Shown: positions 25,868 through 35,907 of the stretch, piece after piece
How positions within the stretch are numbered: the stretch's first letter is position 1
Layout: each line of letters starts with the position of its first letter
Assembly: GCA_002839375.1 (NCBI GenBank)
Contig: PGXY01000002.1
Coordinates: 473,037 to 537,036, forward strand
Direction of reading: 5' to 3'
From: Spirochaetae bacterium HGW-Spirochaetae-1
Lineage (GTDB): Bacteria; Spirochaetota; UBA4802; UBA5550
Length of the DNA stretch: 64,000 nucleotides
The notes under the pieces: generated by a model
Database searches by the model: none
Seen by the model: only the letters and a program-made list of their open reading frames with translations
Told to the model about the DNA's origin: nothing
Translations under genes and position numbers: made by a program

Positions 25868-27169
25868 ATGGGAATAAAAATTATCATCGGACATACTAAT
25901 ATGGATCTGGATTGTATCGGTTCCATCGTATTGGCAAGATATCTCTTTCCCGGCCACCTCCCGATAAAAAGCCGATTCATTCACCCCATGGCGAAAGGTA
26001 TATATAATCTTTATGAAAATCAGCTTAATTTCCTTACCATGGAGGATATCAAGAATGAAACCCCTGAGCGCATAGTCATTGTCGATACACGAGATATGGA
26101 CAGGGTTAAAGAGGTGCTTGACTGCTATCCTGATTTTAAGGGAGAAATTGAAATATATGATCATCACCGGGGGCACAACAGTGATTTCCCCGAGGCTCTT
26201 GTTCACGAGGGTGATAGCGGTTCAAATACATCTCTTCTGGCCATGGAAATCATGAATCGCAGTATAAAGATATCTCCTGACGACGCAACAGTAGCCCTGG
26301 CCGGAATTTATGCCGATACCGGAAATTTTACCCATTCCAATATTCAGGCTATCGATTTTAAGGCCGCCTCCTTTCTTGTGGAAAGCGGAGCATCGACTAA
26401 AATTCTGAGTACTTTTATGAAAGCTCTCAAGGAAGACCATCAACTGGAACTTTTTCACGGCATAGTGAACCAGATGGTTTATCAGGAGATAAACGGGAAT
26501 TTTATAATATTCAGCTATATGGCCATGGAAAAACAGGCGGGCGGACTTGCTGCCGTGGTGGAAAAACTCTTTGAAATAGAGAATCCCGATGCAGTCTTTG
26601 CCATATTCGCCTTTAAAAAGGACGGCAGTGTTCTTATTATCGCCCGCAGTCAGAAGTCGGATATTGATCTGGATGCTATTCTCGGTCATTTTGGCGGGGG
26701 GGGGCATGCACAGGCCGCTTCAGCCTTGCTCAAACACAGCCAGGGCAGGGATGTGCTTGAGACTTTATTGCGGCATCTGAAAACCAGCCTAATACCGGCC
26801 CTTACCGCCGACGAGGTCATGACAAAAAACGTATACTGCATCTCGGCAGGCTGGACTCTCAAAGAAGCGTCAATTTTCCTTGAGAACGCTGATCACGGCG
26901 GAGCTCCCGTCATTGATGAAGATAGCAGAATTGTTGGAATGCTTACATTGCGCGATATTATGAAAGGCAGGAAGACGGGACAGATCAATGCACCGGTGAA
27001 GGCGTACATGAAAAAAAAGATCATATCATGCTCCAGGACCACTACGTTGCGTGAAATTGAGCACATGCTTTATGAAAATAATATTGGACATCTCCCTGTC
27101 CTGGATGGAGAGCTGGTGGCTGGTATTATCACCCGTTCCGATATCCTCCGCTTTGCCGAGAAGCTGTAA
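25868..27169 (+). CDS. DHH-DHHA1 phosphoesterase with tandem C-terminal CBS domains
   Basis: The ATG at 25868 gives MGIKIIIGHTNMDLDCIGSIV, a DHH motif I. DTGNF and GGGGHAQAAS mark the DHHA1 domain. Two CBS motifs follow (VIDEDSRIVGMLTLRDIMKG and LPVLDGELVAGIITRSDIL). Confidence 0.75.
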   Translation: MGIKIIIGHTNMDLDCIGSIVLARYLFPGHLPIKSRFIHPMAKGIYNLYENQLNFLTMEDIKNETPERIVIVDTRDMDRVKEVLDCYPDFKGEIEIYDHHRGHNSDFPEALVHEGDSGSNTSLLAMEIMNRSIKISPDDATVALAGIYADTGNFTHSNIQAIDFKAASFLVESGASTKILSTFMKALKEDHQLELFHGIVNQMVYQEINGNFIIFSYMAMEKQAGGLAAVVEKLFEIENPDAVFAIFAFKKDGSVLIIARSQKSDIDLDAILGHFGGGGHAQAASALLKHSQGRDVLETLLRHLKTSLIPALTADEVMTKNVYCISAGWTLKEASIFLENADHGGAPVIDEDSRIVGMLTLRDIMKGRKTGQINAPVKAYMKKKIISCSRTTTLREIEHMLYENNIGHLPVLDGELVAGIITRSDILRFAEKL

Positions 27170-27378
27170 CAGAGGCTCCGCTAATAAGACATACATCATA
27201 TTCTTTTTCTCTATTTCATGGGTGTTCTGACAACAGGCGGTTTTTCAGAAACAGATATAATAAATCTTGACTTTATGTATATGTATGATACTTTTCAATA
27301 AACTTGTATATGTAAAGTCATATATTAAAAATGATTGGTACATATTATATATGGAACAATATCCAGAAGGAGGCTTGT

Positions 27379-27600
27379 ATGGCATTTATAACCGATAAAA
27401 TAAAGAAGAACGCCGAAGAATGTCGTGAATATGTTGAAAAGGCTCTGAGCGCGGCTGATAAAGATGGAATCCTTTTCGGAGAACTTCAGGCATTGGTTAA
27501 ATCCCTGGTAAATGTGGCACCTGGCAGGAAAGATTTTGAAAAAGTATATGGGATGTCCCCGTCGGAATATTTCATGAAGCAGATTGAGAAATACCGTTGA
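27379..27600 (+). CDS. small hypothetical protein (73 aa)
   Basis: The ATG at 27379 is preceded by GAAGGAGG. The protein reads MAFITDKIKKNAEECREYVEKALSAADKDGILFGELQALVKSLVNV..., with helical, charged composition. Confidence 0.45.
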   Translation: MAFITDKIKKNAEECREYVEKALSAADKDGILFGELQALVKSLVNVAPGRKDFEKVYGMSPSEYFMKQIEKYR

Positions 27601-27677
27601 TATGTTGACTGACGTGCTTACTATTTCCTGTTTTTATGATAACCGTTAAAATGTATTGCATTTTTCAGGCCTGAAGC

Positions 27678-27745
27678 AAATGTTGCTTTTGGCGCTGCAT
27701 TTTCAGCGGGTTCGGTACGGAGCGTCAGCAACATTTATTTTCGGA
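27678..27745 (+). terminator. extended stem-loop (aaatgttgct ... agcaacattt, 39-nt structured loop) followed by T-run; probable terminator/attenuator
   Basis: 10-bp outer stem with an inner cgctg/cagcg helix seen in sequence. It lies in the 156-nt gap between the small gene and the MBL gene. Confidence 0.35.
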
Positions 27746-27756
27746 TTTTTATTGCT

Positions 27757-28662
27757 ATGATAAAAAAGATAACTGACCGCATTTCAGCGGTTTTTACTGA
27801 AGATGGTTTTTCATCGGGAAACTGTGTCCTGGTTGAAGATACGGTCAATCTCATGATTGACAGCGGTGCAGGCCGTGCACTAAAGGAAACGAGGCCGGAA
27901 CGGATAAATATCCTCCTCAACTCCCACCATCATATAGACCACATGGGCGGCAATGACTTCTTCCCCGCAGCCGTAAAAATGGCACATCCCCTGGAGATTG
28001 AATTCATGCAGGTGCCTGAAAAACTCAGCGCCACCGACGCCTGGAAGGAACTCATGGATCAGGACTGCATTCTCCATGCCAGGGAAATAAACGGACGCCC
28101 CAACCGGTTGTACCAGCCCTGGCATATCGATGAGATTATGCAGCCGGGCCAGGTCATAGAGTGCGGCCATACCCGCATTCGTGTAATTCACACGCCGGGC
28201 CATACGGCAGGTCATTGCTCCTTTCACTTTCCCGAAGAGAATATCCTTTTCCTTGCCGACATATGTCTTTCCAAGGTGGGGCCCTGGTACGGCGGCAGCG
28301 ATTCCAGTGTCGACGACTTCATCCATTCGATCAATGCCGTGCGTGAGATGAAACCCGAAATGGTGGTGACAGGCCATTACACGGATATACTTCGGGAGAA
28401 TATCGACGCGATCCTGGTGGAGTACCGCGATAGAATCCTGAAGCGGGAAGGGCGGATACTTGATTATTTGAAGGATACCCCGTCAACCATTCATGAGCTT
28501 GCCGGAAAGCGATTCATATACCCCGATCATCCCAATCCATTTGTCGTGTACTGGGAAAAAAGTATGATAATGAAACATCTGGAACGTCTCATGGGGCTGG
28601 GAGAGGTGACCCGGGAGGAAGGCAACCGCTTCAGAACAACAGTGACTGCCTCCAGTATATAG
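27757..28662 (+). CDS. MBL-fold metallo-hydrolase
   Basis: HxHxDH motif NSHHHIDHMGGN plus downstream His/Asp ligands (HTPGHTAGH). 301 aa. Confidence 0.75.
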   Translation: MIKKITDRISAVFTEDGFSSGNCVLVEDTVNLMIDSGAGRALKETRPERINILLNSHHHIDHMGGNDFFPAAVKMAHPLEIEFMQVPEKLSATDAWKELMDQDCILHAREINGRPNRLYQPWHIDEIMQPGQVIECGHTRIRVIHTPGHTAGHCSFHFPEENILFLADICLSKVGPWYGGSDSSVDDFIHSINAVREMKPEMVVTGHYTDILRENIDAILVEYRDRILKREGRILDYLKDTPSTIHELAGKRFIYPDHPNPFVVYWEKSMIMKHLERLMGLGEVTREEGNRFRTTVTASSI

Positions 28663-28673
28663 GAATACCGCCG

Positions 28674-31634
28674 TTACAGACCGAATTCGGTCCTCTCTAT
28701 CAATTCCATCTGCATTTCCCGGTTAAGCGTTACAAAATATGCGTTATATCCTGAAATGCGAACCAGGAGATTCTGATATTTTTCAGGATTGGCCATGGCG
28801 TCTCTCAGCGTGTCGGAATTAATTACGTTGAACTGCATCTGCATGCCTCCCAGGTCAAAATATGTCCGGACATAGGAGTGCATGGCATTGACGATTTCTT
28901 CACGCGTGTCACGAACGTCGGGAGACAGCTTTACGTTGAAGGCGATATTATTATCCATGCTTCCCGGAATCAGCTGCGCCACGTCATGTATATTATCCAG
29001 AAAATTTTTCGACGCTCCGGGCTGCGGGGTAAGACCCGGTGTAAAAGCCCTGCCGTCGAGACGTCCCGATGGCAGAGTTCCTGAAAGTGTTCCGTATGCC
29101 ACATGCTGAGACATGGACCAGAATCCGGCCGTATAGGGCCCGCCGCGGAAATTGGTGTGTGTACTCCAGGCTTCATGTATGAAGGATGCTATCCGCTGCG
29201 CCATCTCCATGGCTTCCCGGTCTCCTGACCCGAAGAGGGGAACTTTTCGCCGTACAATACTCATGAGGGCTGGATTGCGGGAAAAATCCGAATCTATGGC
29301 TTTCTTCAGTTCCCGGAAAGAAACAGCCTTTTCATCATATATGAGTTTTTTTATTACCATCATGGAATCAGTCACATCGGCAAGTCCGATATTGGATGTA
29401 CCTGAAGAATTATACCGTGCACCTCCCCGGGTAACATCGATACCGTTTTCGATTGCACCGTCAATGAGTGAGCTGAGAAAAGGGGTGGGCCTGAGTACTG
29501 CATGGGCCTGCGCCAGGAGATTATTCAACATGACTGACTGGTCTATGAGAAACCGTTGTTGCTCCGTAAAGGCTCGAAAAAAATCTTCGAAATCAGGAAA
29601 TTGGTCCTTTTCAATGTCCCCCGTTTCAGGTCCAAACTGCTGATTCATGTGGGGATGTCTGCCGTTATTGAGGGCCATTTCCAGTGCCGATACCATGTTC
29701 ATGAGTATGGATCCCGTGTGTCCCATGTGTCGGCCCGAAAGTGTGGGTTCAACGCAGCCCGTGGCCGACCAGTCATGAATATGCCGCTCTTCGTAACCCT
29801 TGTCCGCAAGTGACAGAAAAACGGCGCTGTCATTATGCATGGACGGCGTGGCGGCAGTGGTATAATTAACTTCACAGAGACGTTTCAGATAGGTATCACT
29901 GTTTGTGCCGGGATGAAACCGGGCATTTATATTGGGATCCCGGATGGAAAGCATCTCCGTGGCTTTCAGGAAAATATATGTCATATCATTGACACCATCG
30001 TCTCCACCGGGAGTTATTCCTCCCAGCGTGACGGCCTGATCGGAAGAACTGCCGCCGAAGAGATAGTTGCCGATATCGGGCACCGTGGGAAGATGATCGG
30101 TGCCGCGCATAAGAAGACATCCCGTCAGTTCAATGGCTTTTTTTATATACGATTGTCTTTTTTCCCCTGATGAAATTTCCTGCATATCATTGATGAAATA
30201 AGGATTGAGCCATTGATCGAGGCGTCCCATGGAAAGCCCCGTGTTAGTGTTCTCCATATGCAGGGCAATCCAGACAATCCAGATCACCTGGAAGGCCTCA
30301 TGAAGCGTAGCGGCAGGATTGCGCGGCACCCTGTCACAGATATCGGCTATCTCCACCAGTTCATCACGTCGTGACGTGTCATCTTCCAGGGCAGCTCTGC
30401 GGCGCGCTTCACCGGCCAGATTAGAAGCATATATATTGAGGCCTTCAAGCGTGATTTTCATGGCTGTTAGACTGTTTATTTTGTCCATGTCCGTTTTTCT
30501 GTCCAGAGAACCCAGGCGTTCATCGATTTCCTTGATGATTCCTGTTGTGCCTCTGCCAAGAATGGATGGATAGTCCGGGATGGTGTGGGATATTCCCACG
30601 GATTTCCACACGAAATAATACACCCACCGTTCTTCGATTTTCATACACAGGGGATAATCGTTATTACTTCGAACATATTCCTTGAAGTTACGATGTATCC
30701 AGAAGGGAAAAATATCCCGGTGAAGCGTGAGGGCATCTTCAGGTGATATGCTGTAGGGATTGAGAGTGCGGTGTTCAAGGGAGTTCAGCTCGCCCCATAA
30801 CATGCCGGCATGGGCGTCGGGATAAAGAAGGACGCCTGCCGGTTCTTTCGACGTGGTGGTCCCGGCCAGGATTGATCCTTCCGCTATGACGGGTTTTTTT
30901 TTATCCATGAGGTGCTTGAAGGCCATGGCCTGCCGAAGCACCGGGATCCAGCAATGTTCTTCCTTATCGGTTTCAAATCCATGTTCCCTGAACCATTCTG
31001 TCAGGAGCCTGGGGCGTTCAATGCAAACGACGGGTTTAGCGGTGAAATGTTTTTCCAGCATTCTTTCAAGTCGGGGGAAATCAGCAAGGGTGTATTCACC
31101 CAGGTAGGGATCGTTCAGGTATTTTACGTTACGGTCTATTGAACCGGCCTTCAGGGGATTCCGGCTCCTTTCTTTCATTCTTGAACTGTAATCAGTATTG
31201 GCATGGCCTTTTAGTTGTTTTTTATCTTTGATATATTTTTTATTTTTAACAGTGAGCATTTTGCCATGGACTTTCCCCAGCAGAAGAGAAACGTAATAAT
31301 TGAAAAGTTGCAGGTATGCAATATTGCCGTCGAGAATCATTTTATTATTCAATATCAGGCTGAGCATTTCATTGGGAGTTATAAGAAGCATTTCCCATAA
31401 TGTTTTATTAGTGCTGAACCGGAGAATAACCTCGGCAGCTTCAGGAGTGGTTTTATGAACAAAAACCCGGCCTCCTTTGAACGATATTGCCCTGTCCACG
31501 CTGCCCGTTTCAGTTTTAAAACCGATAGTGAAATTATACCATCCTTCACAGTGTTGAAGATAGGTATTAAATCGCTTGTTTTTATTAAAAACGAAGGCCA
31601 TAGTATACAGTAATAGAAATATTATCATGTTCAT
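28674..31634 (-). CDS. glycyl-radical enzyme, PFL2/dehydratase (single-Cys GCVEP) clade, with about 180-aa N-terminal extension
   Basis: The C-terminal glycyl-radical motif is LVRISGYNAYFVTL and the active-site loop is WSATGCVEPTLSG. The canonical GRE N-terminus begins about residue 185 (FPRLERMLEKH...). The extension opens with a hydrophobic helix, MNMIIFLLLYTMAFVF. There is an RBS (GGAG, 10-nt spacer) before the first ATG. Confidence 0.8.
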   Translation of the reverse strand: MNMIIFLLLYTMAFVFNKNKRFNTYLQHCEGWYNFTIGFKTETGSVDRAISFKGGRVFVHKTTPEAAEVILRFSTNKTLWEMLLITPNEMLSLILNNKMILDGNIAYLQLFNYYVSLLLGKVHGKMLTVKNKKYIKDKKQLKGHANTDYSSRMKERSRNPLKAGSIDRNVKYLNDPYLGEYTLADFPRLERMLEKHFTAKPVVCIERPRLLTEWFREHGFETDKEEHCWIPVLRQAMAFKHLMDKKKPVIAEGSILAGTTTSKEPAGVLLYPDAHAGMLWGELNSLEHRTLNPYSISPEDALTLHRDIFPFWIHRNFKEYVRSNNDYPLCMKIEERWVYYFVWKSVGISHTIPDYPSILGRGTTGIIKEIDERLGSLDRKTDMDKINSLTAMKITLEGLNIYASNLAGEARRRAALEDDTSRRDELVEIADICDRVPRNPAATLHEAFQVIWIVWIALHMENTNTGLSMGRLDQWLNPYFINDMQEISSGEKRQSYIKKAIELTGCLLMRGTDHLPTVPDIGNYLFGGSSSDQAVTLGGITPGGDDGVNDMTYIFLKATEMLSIRDPNINARFHPGTNSDTYLKRLCEVNYTTAATPSMHNDSAVFLSLADKGYEERHIHDWSATGCVEPTLSGRHMGHTGSILMNMVSALEMALNNGRHPHMNQQFGPETGDIEKDQFPDFEDFFRAFTEQQRFLIDQSVMLNNLLAQAHAVLRPTPFLSSLIDGAIENGIDVTRGGARYNSSGTSNIGLADVTDSMMVIKKLIYDEKAVSFRELKKAIDSDFSRNPALMSIVRRKVPLFGSGDREAMEMAQRIASFIHEAWSTHTNFRGGPYTAGFWSMSQHVAYGTLSGTLPSGRLDGRAFTPGLTPQPGASKNFLDNIHDVAQLIPGSMDNNIAFNVKLSPDVRDTREEIVNAMHSYVRTYFDLGGMQMQFNVINSDTLRDAMANPEKYQNLLVRISGYNAYFVTLNREMQMELIERTEFGL

Positions 31635-31672
31635 TTGATGTTCTCCGTTTCTTGAATAATACGAGCCATAAA

Positions 31673-31700
31673 CATTGTTAATTTAACACTGTTAATTTAA
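31673..31700. promoter_or_regulatory. tandem 14-bp direct repeat cattgttaatttaa / cactgttaatttaa containing palindrome TGTTAA-T-TTAACA, in GRE promoter region
   Basis: Seen in sequence 40-65 bp upstream of the GRE start codon. A candidate transcription-factor site. Confidence 0.35.
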
Positions 31701-31787
31701 AAGTCAAGGTTTTTACTGAATTATAACTGAGATTTAAAGTTTTTTTTTCTTGCTATTTCGTTTCAATATACTAGGCTAAAAACATTA

Positions 31788-32168
31788 GTGTATATCAGGG
31801 TAGAGACTTGTTATTTATACAGGAATATGGAAAGTAATTCAGTTCATCCATTCAGTGAAGACCAAGTAAAAACGATCACCCTGGAATTCTACCTGGAGGA
31901 TATGCAATTATTCGTTCGTTATAACAACCAGACGCATCTATTCCGGGATTTCTGGAAACAAACTGAAGGGGCTGAACTAATCTGCCGCCGGATTTATGAA
32001 GCCTTTTTAATCCAGCATCGGGAACTTTTGGAAGATATAGCTGTTTCTTCGAAAAACTGGCTGGAGACCTTTCTTAAAATTATAAATAATCATCTTAGTG
32101 AAAAAACACCGATACTCGATGTCTTTATGCGTGCGAATGGAGACGTGATTATTAATCTTGAAAGATAA
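31788..32168 (+). CDS. hypothetical protein (126 aa)
   Basis: ORF only, with no recognisable motif. Confidence 0.35.
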   Translation: MYIRVETCYLYRNMESNSVHPFSEDQVKTITLEFYLEDMQLFVRYNNQTHLFRDFWKQTEGAELICRRIYEAFLIQHRELLEDIAVSSKNWLETFLKIINNHLSEKTPILDVFMRANGDVIINLER

Positions 32169-32239
32169 TCCTCGGTAGAGTAGCATTTATTGTGCATTTT
32201 GTTCATCAAATTACAGGATAAGGACGCAAGTAACCATTA

Positions 32240-32698
32240 ATGCTGATTGTACTCCTCGTTTCATTGCTTCTCATTTCCTTCCTGGTGCATATTAATTTTA
32301 TTCTCAAGTATATTATCAAAAGAGAAAACGTATACTACAAAGGATTCATCATAACAATCTTCTCCAATTTTATCATTGCCGGCATTCTTATTGTCATAGC
32401 ACTCACGAAACCGGAGCTCATACGCGATCTGGATATGACTATCCTTGTATGGGCATTGTCGGGAGTTATCATGACAATGCTGCTTCTCATGAAAATCTCC
32501 ATATTCAGAAATATTTACAAACGATCCAAATTGCCGGAACATTATCATCTGAATTTTTTTGGGAAAAAAGTGCTTCACGGTACTGTAGTTAAGCCGGCGG
32601 AAATAGTGCTTTTTTTTGGTTCTATTCCTTTTTTCCTTATTGCGGGAGCCTATTTTATAGCCAGAATAATCAATTTTATCATGTATAAACATTTATAA
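32240..32698 (+). CDS. hypothetical integral membrane protein (4 predicted TM helices)
   Basis: Four hydrophobic stretches. The antisense ORF 32261-32692 is rejected on composition. Confidence 0.45.
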   Translation: MLIVLLVSLLLISFLVHINFILKYIIKRENVYYKGFIITIFSNFIIAGILIVIALTKPELIRDLDMTILVWALSGVIMTMLLLMKISIFRNIYKRSKLPEHYHLNFFGKKVLHGTVVKPAEIVLFFGSIPFFLIAGAYFIARIINFIMYKHL

Positions 32699-32850
32699 AA
32701 ATTTTAATTTATTTGTGGATTTTTTAAAGCTCTTTAAAATAATGTTCATGAATAATTCATGGTATATTTATTAATAGTTGATCGTAATAATCTTTCATGT
32801 TATTATGATGATTGTTCTATAGCATGCAGGCAACTCCGGGAGGAATAACA

Positions 32851-33891
32851 ATGCTCGGCCTTTTTACTCCAGATATAGAGAGACTGAAAAGAAACAAGGA
32901 TATCAAGGAACTTATAAAATGCCTGAAACATACTAGGCCGGAAATACGTTCCAGGGCATTTGCAGCTCTTTCACCATTTTCACAAAACGCCGAGGTGGTG
33001 GAGGAGCTAAAACAGCTGATTAACGACCCCGATTCGCGCGTAAGAACACTCGCCCTGCTGAAATTTGCTCAGATTGGTGATGAAAATATTATCAGCGGTC
33101 TGCGTACCATAATCGTTAATGGCACTCCCAATGAAAAAATAGAACTCCTCCGCATCCTTGCTGATAAAAAGGAGAACCTTGCCAACTCATCGGAAATTAT
33201 TTCCAGGATACTTGTACAGGCCCTCAATGACAAGAAGATGATGGTGCAGTTTGAGTCTATGCGGACCATAGGGAAGATGAAACTTACTCATGCGATTCCA
33301 TATATCGTAGAAAAACTCAGCGACACCCATTTTAAAATACGGAAAGAAGCCGTCAAGGCTCTGGGAATGATTGGCACTGATGATACTGTCGATCATATCA
33401 TCGGGACACTGATGGACAACAACAACGATGTAAGAAACGCAGCTCTCGAAGCACTGAAAATGGTGGAATCGGACCGGGCTAAAGAGGCCCTTGGTGATGC
33501 ACCCTTCATGATATTGGCAAAAAAGATGAGCCAGAGCAGTGCGCAGCGACAGGAAACTATCCGCAGTATCGGTAAAAATAAGATGACCTTCGGCCTTCCT
33601 CTTCTGAAAAGGGCTCTCAGTGATGAATTCAAGTCAGTGAGAATAGAGGCAATTACATCCATAGGCAGTTTGCGGGACCGTTCCTGCATTGAGGATGTGG
33701 GGAAAATGCTTGATGATAAGTACTGGGACGTACGCATGGAAGCGGTGCTGTCACTGGAAAAACTGGTCGATGCGTCATCACTTCCATTCCTTGAGCGGGC
33801 AATGAAGGATAAAAATTCCAACGTTAAAAAGCAGGCGGACAAGTCCTTTAACACGTTGAGGTATCGCCTGGAAAAACTGGGCCGGCTTTAA
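32851..33891 (+). CDS. HEAT-repeat (PBS-lyase-type HEAT) protein
   Basis: Multiple repeats of the D-x-(V/I)R-x-x-A-x-x-(A/S)LG type (DSRVRTLALLKFAQIGD, DVRNAALEALKMV, SVRIEAITSIGSL, DVRMEAVLSLEKL). The start at 32851 is preceded by GGAGG with a 7-nt spacer. Confidence 0.6.
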   Translation: MLGLFTPDIERLKRNKDIKELIKCLKHTRPEIRSRAFAALSPFSQNAEVVEELKQLINDPDSRVRTLALLKFAQIGDENIISGLRTIIVNGTPNEKIELLRILADKKENLANSSEIISRILVQALNDKKMMVQFESMRTIGKMKLTHAIPYIVEKLSDTHFKIRKEAVKALGMIGTDDTVDHIIGTLMDNNNDVRNAALEALKMVESDRAKEALGDAPFMILAKKMSQSSAQRQETIRSIGKNKMTFGLPLLKRALSDEFKSVRIEAITSIGSLRDRSCIEDVGKMLDDKYWDVRMEAVLSLEKLVDASSLPFLERAMKDKNSNVKKQADKSFNTLRYRLEKLGRL

Positions 33892-33920
33892 CAACAAACA
33901 AATTACACGTCATGTAAAGG

Positions 33921-35519
33921 TCAGAATATACTGATCTTGCTTTTTAATTTTTCCGCCATGGTAGTGACATCCTTTGATGTATCAGAAAGCTGCATAGCCG
34001 CCGAGGCGATTGACTGTGTGGCTTCATTTATGGTGCCGATGGATTTTGAAACTTCAGAAATGGCAGTCTGTTGTTCCCGCGTAGAAATGTTTATCTCCTC
34101 TGACTTGTTTTTTACATTCACTGAATGTTCTCCGACTATTGCATTGAGTTCGAACTGGATGGTCATGAGGCCATTGATACGGCTCATACTGTCGCTGATT
34201 GTATTTATATTCTGAATCGTTTCTCTCATGATGCGGACTGTGTCCTGAACGTTGGTAAGTCCCTGAAAAATCTCCTGTTCCGTTGCATTGATCAGCAAGG
34301 AAATTTCCTTGAGACTGTCTCCGGTTTTAATGGCAAGCTTTGAGATTTCATCGGCCACTACGGCAAAACCTCGCCCCGCGTCCCCGGCGCGTGCAGCTTC
34401 AATCGCCGCGTTAAGCGAAAGAAGAGATATCTGGTCGGAAATCCCATTGATAACATCGACAACAGTGGTCATCTGTTTTGCCCGGTCATTCATGGCATTG
34501 ATGGTCTGATGCATAAGATCCAGTGATTTTTCGCCTGTGAGGGATTTTTTGGATGTTTCATCGGATAAAAGCATGGCTGTTTCAATCATGGAATGCATGT
34601 CATTTATCGAGTCGGAGAGCTGCTTCATTTTATCCATGAGTATTCCCTGACTGGTGAACTGTTCATCCACGTTGGAAGCCTGAAGATCCATGGTGGCATG
34701 CACTTCTTCAACGGCAGATGTTATCTCCTCAGCTGATGCTGCCTGACTCTGGGTGTTCTCGGAAAATGTTTCAGTTGCCCTTGACATCTGTTCAGAAGAT
34801 TTGTGGAGATCAAGGGATATCTCGCTTACTGACTGCAGGAGGTCTTTTATTTTCACGTACTGGTTTAAATTTTTCTCCGATTCGTCCTTCACATCATTAA
34901 TTGCATCTTTGCTCAATTTTGTTATGAGCAGGGCAAGGGCGAAAGTGAGCATGATGGTGAGGAGGCTGTCAACCATGCCGGTCTGGGCTACATGATTGTC
35001 TATGAGGCCCATATTTTTTATGGCAATGAAGAGGAAAATATCCGTGATTATGAAGGCGCCAGAAAGGATGCTGGTCCACATGCTGGCGCAGAAAAGGGCT
35101 GAAAAAATAATAATGGCCGGAGCCAGATATATCATTGAAGAAAATCCCATGAGGGGGGTCTGTACCATCTGAAAGACTATTCCAACAATAACGGTGATGG
35201 CCGTTGCGAGGCTTGTTATATTTGCCGCAAGATAGTATCGACCGACCCGAAGGAATAACAGGCTCAGTGAAGATCCCAACAGGGGAGGAATAGCCAGGCT
35301 GAGCGGTCTCAAAATATCTCCACGAATCTGGTATACAACGGGCGGTACGGGGATTACGAGGAGTATTACAGCAATGTTCATGTACGTCAGGAGAATGGCT
35401 TTCCGTCTGACAATCATGGATGTGTCTCGAAGATTTGCGGTAAAATAATGCCTGATTTTTACCCACATACTATCACCTTTGTGTTTCCGGGATTCAATGT
35501 TCTCTGGAATTTGATTCAT
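33921..35519 (-). CDS. methyl-accepting chemotaxis protein with polytopic N-terminal membrane domain
   Basis: The MCP signalling-domain hallmark LSLNAAIEAARAGDAGRGFAVVADEISKLA is present. The N-terminus has about 6 TM helices and no periplasmic ligand-binding domain. Confidence 0.85.
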   Translation of the reverse strand: MNQIPENIESRKHKGDSMWVKIRHYFTANLRDTSMIVRRKAILLTYMNIAVILLVIPVPPVVYQIRGDILRPLSLAIPPLLGSSLSLLFLRVGRYYLAANITSLATAITVIVGIVFQMVQTPLMGFSSMIYLAPAIIIFSALFCASMWTSILSGAFIITDIFLFIAIKNMGLIDNHVAQTGMVDSLLTIMLTFALALLITKLSKDAINDVKDESEKNLNQYVKIKDLLQSVSEISLDLHKSSEQMSRATETFSENTQSQAASAEEITSAVEEVHATMDLQASNVDEQFTSQGILMDKMKQLSDSINDMHSMIETAMLLSDETSKKSLTGEKSLDLMHQTINAMNDRAKQMTTVVDVINGISDQISLLSLNAAIEAARAGDAGRGFAVVADEISKLAIKTGDSLKEISLLINATEQEIFQGLTNVQDTVRIMRETIQNINTISDSMSRINGLMTIQFELNAIVGEHSVNVKNKSEEINISTREQQTAISEVSKSIGTINEATQSIASAAMQLSDTSKDVTTMAEKLKSKISIF

Positions 35520-35907
35520 ATTATACTCCTGATACCTGATGGAGAAGTTGATCGTGCAAATTTAGAAAAGGGAAAATTAACTTATGATATACCGATCCCT
35601 AATTCATTATCGAAAGTATGTATGATAACAATTAAATAATATCAAAATAATATATTAAAAATATACACATAAAAATTTAATATACATAAAAGAATTGAAT
35701 TTATATCAATGAACAAGGTTTATTGTTGTGAATAAACCCCCTGGCTGCACATAACAAGTTTAATTTGATCAGGCACAAAATAATGCTGATTATATTATAG
35801 ATACGAAAAAATTATTACTTGAAAAAAATCGGGTCTCTGCATTTTTTTGTTATTCTATTCAAATTTCGGAATAGAATGGCCGGACCTGATACATACTATT
35901 TGAGGAG

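Noticed and set aside
35851-35878. 9-bp inverted repeat attctattc-N8-gaatagaat upstream of hisI; considered a histidine attenuator
   Set aside because: No His-codon-rich leader peptide is present upstream and the stem is short and A/T-rich. Insufficient evidence for attenuation.
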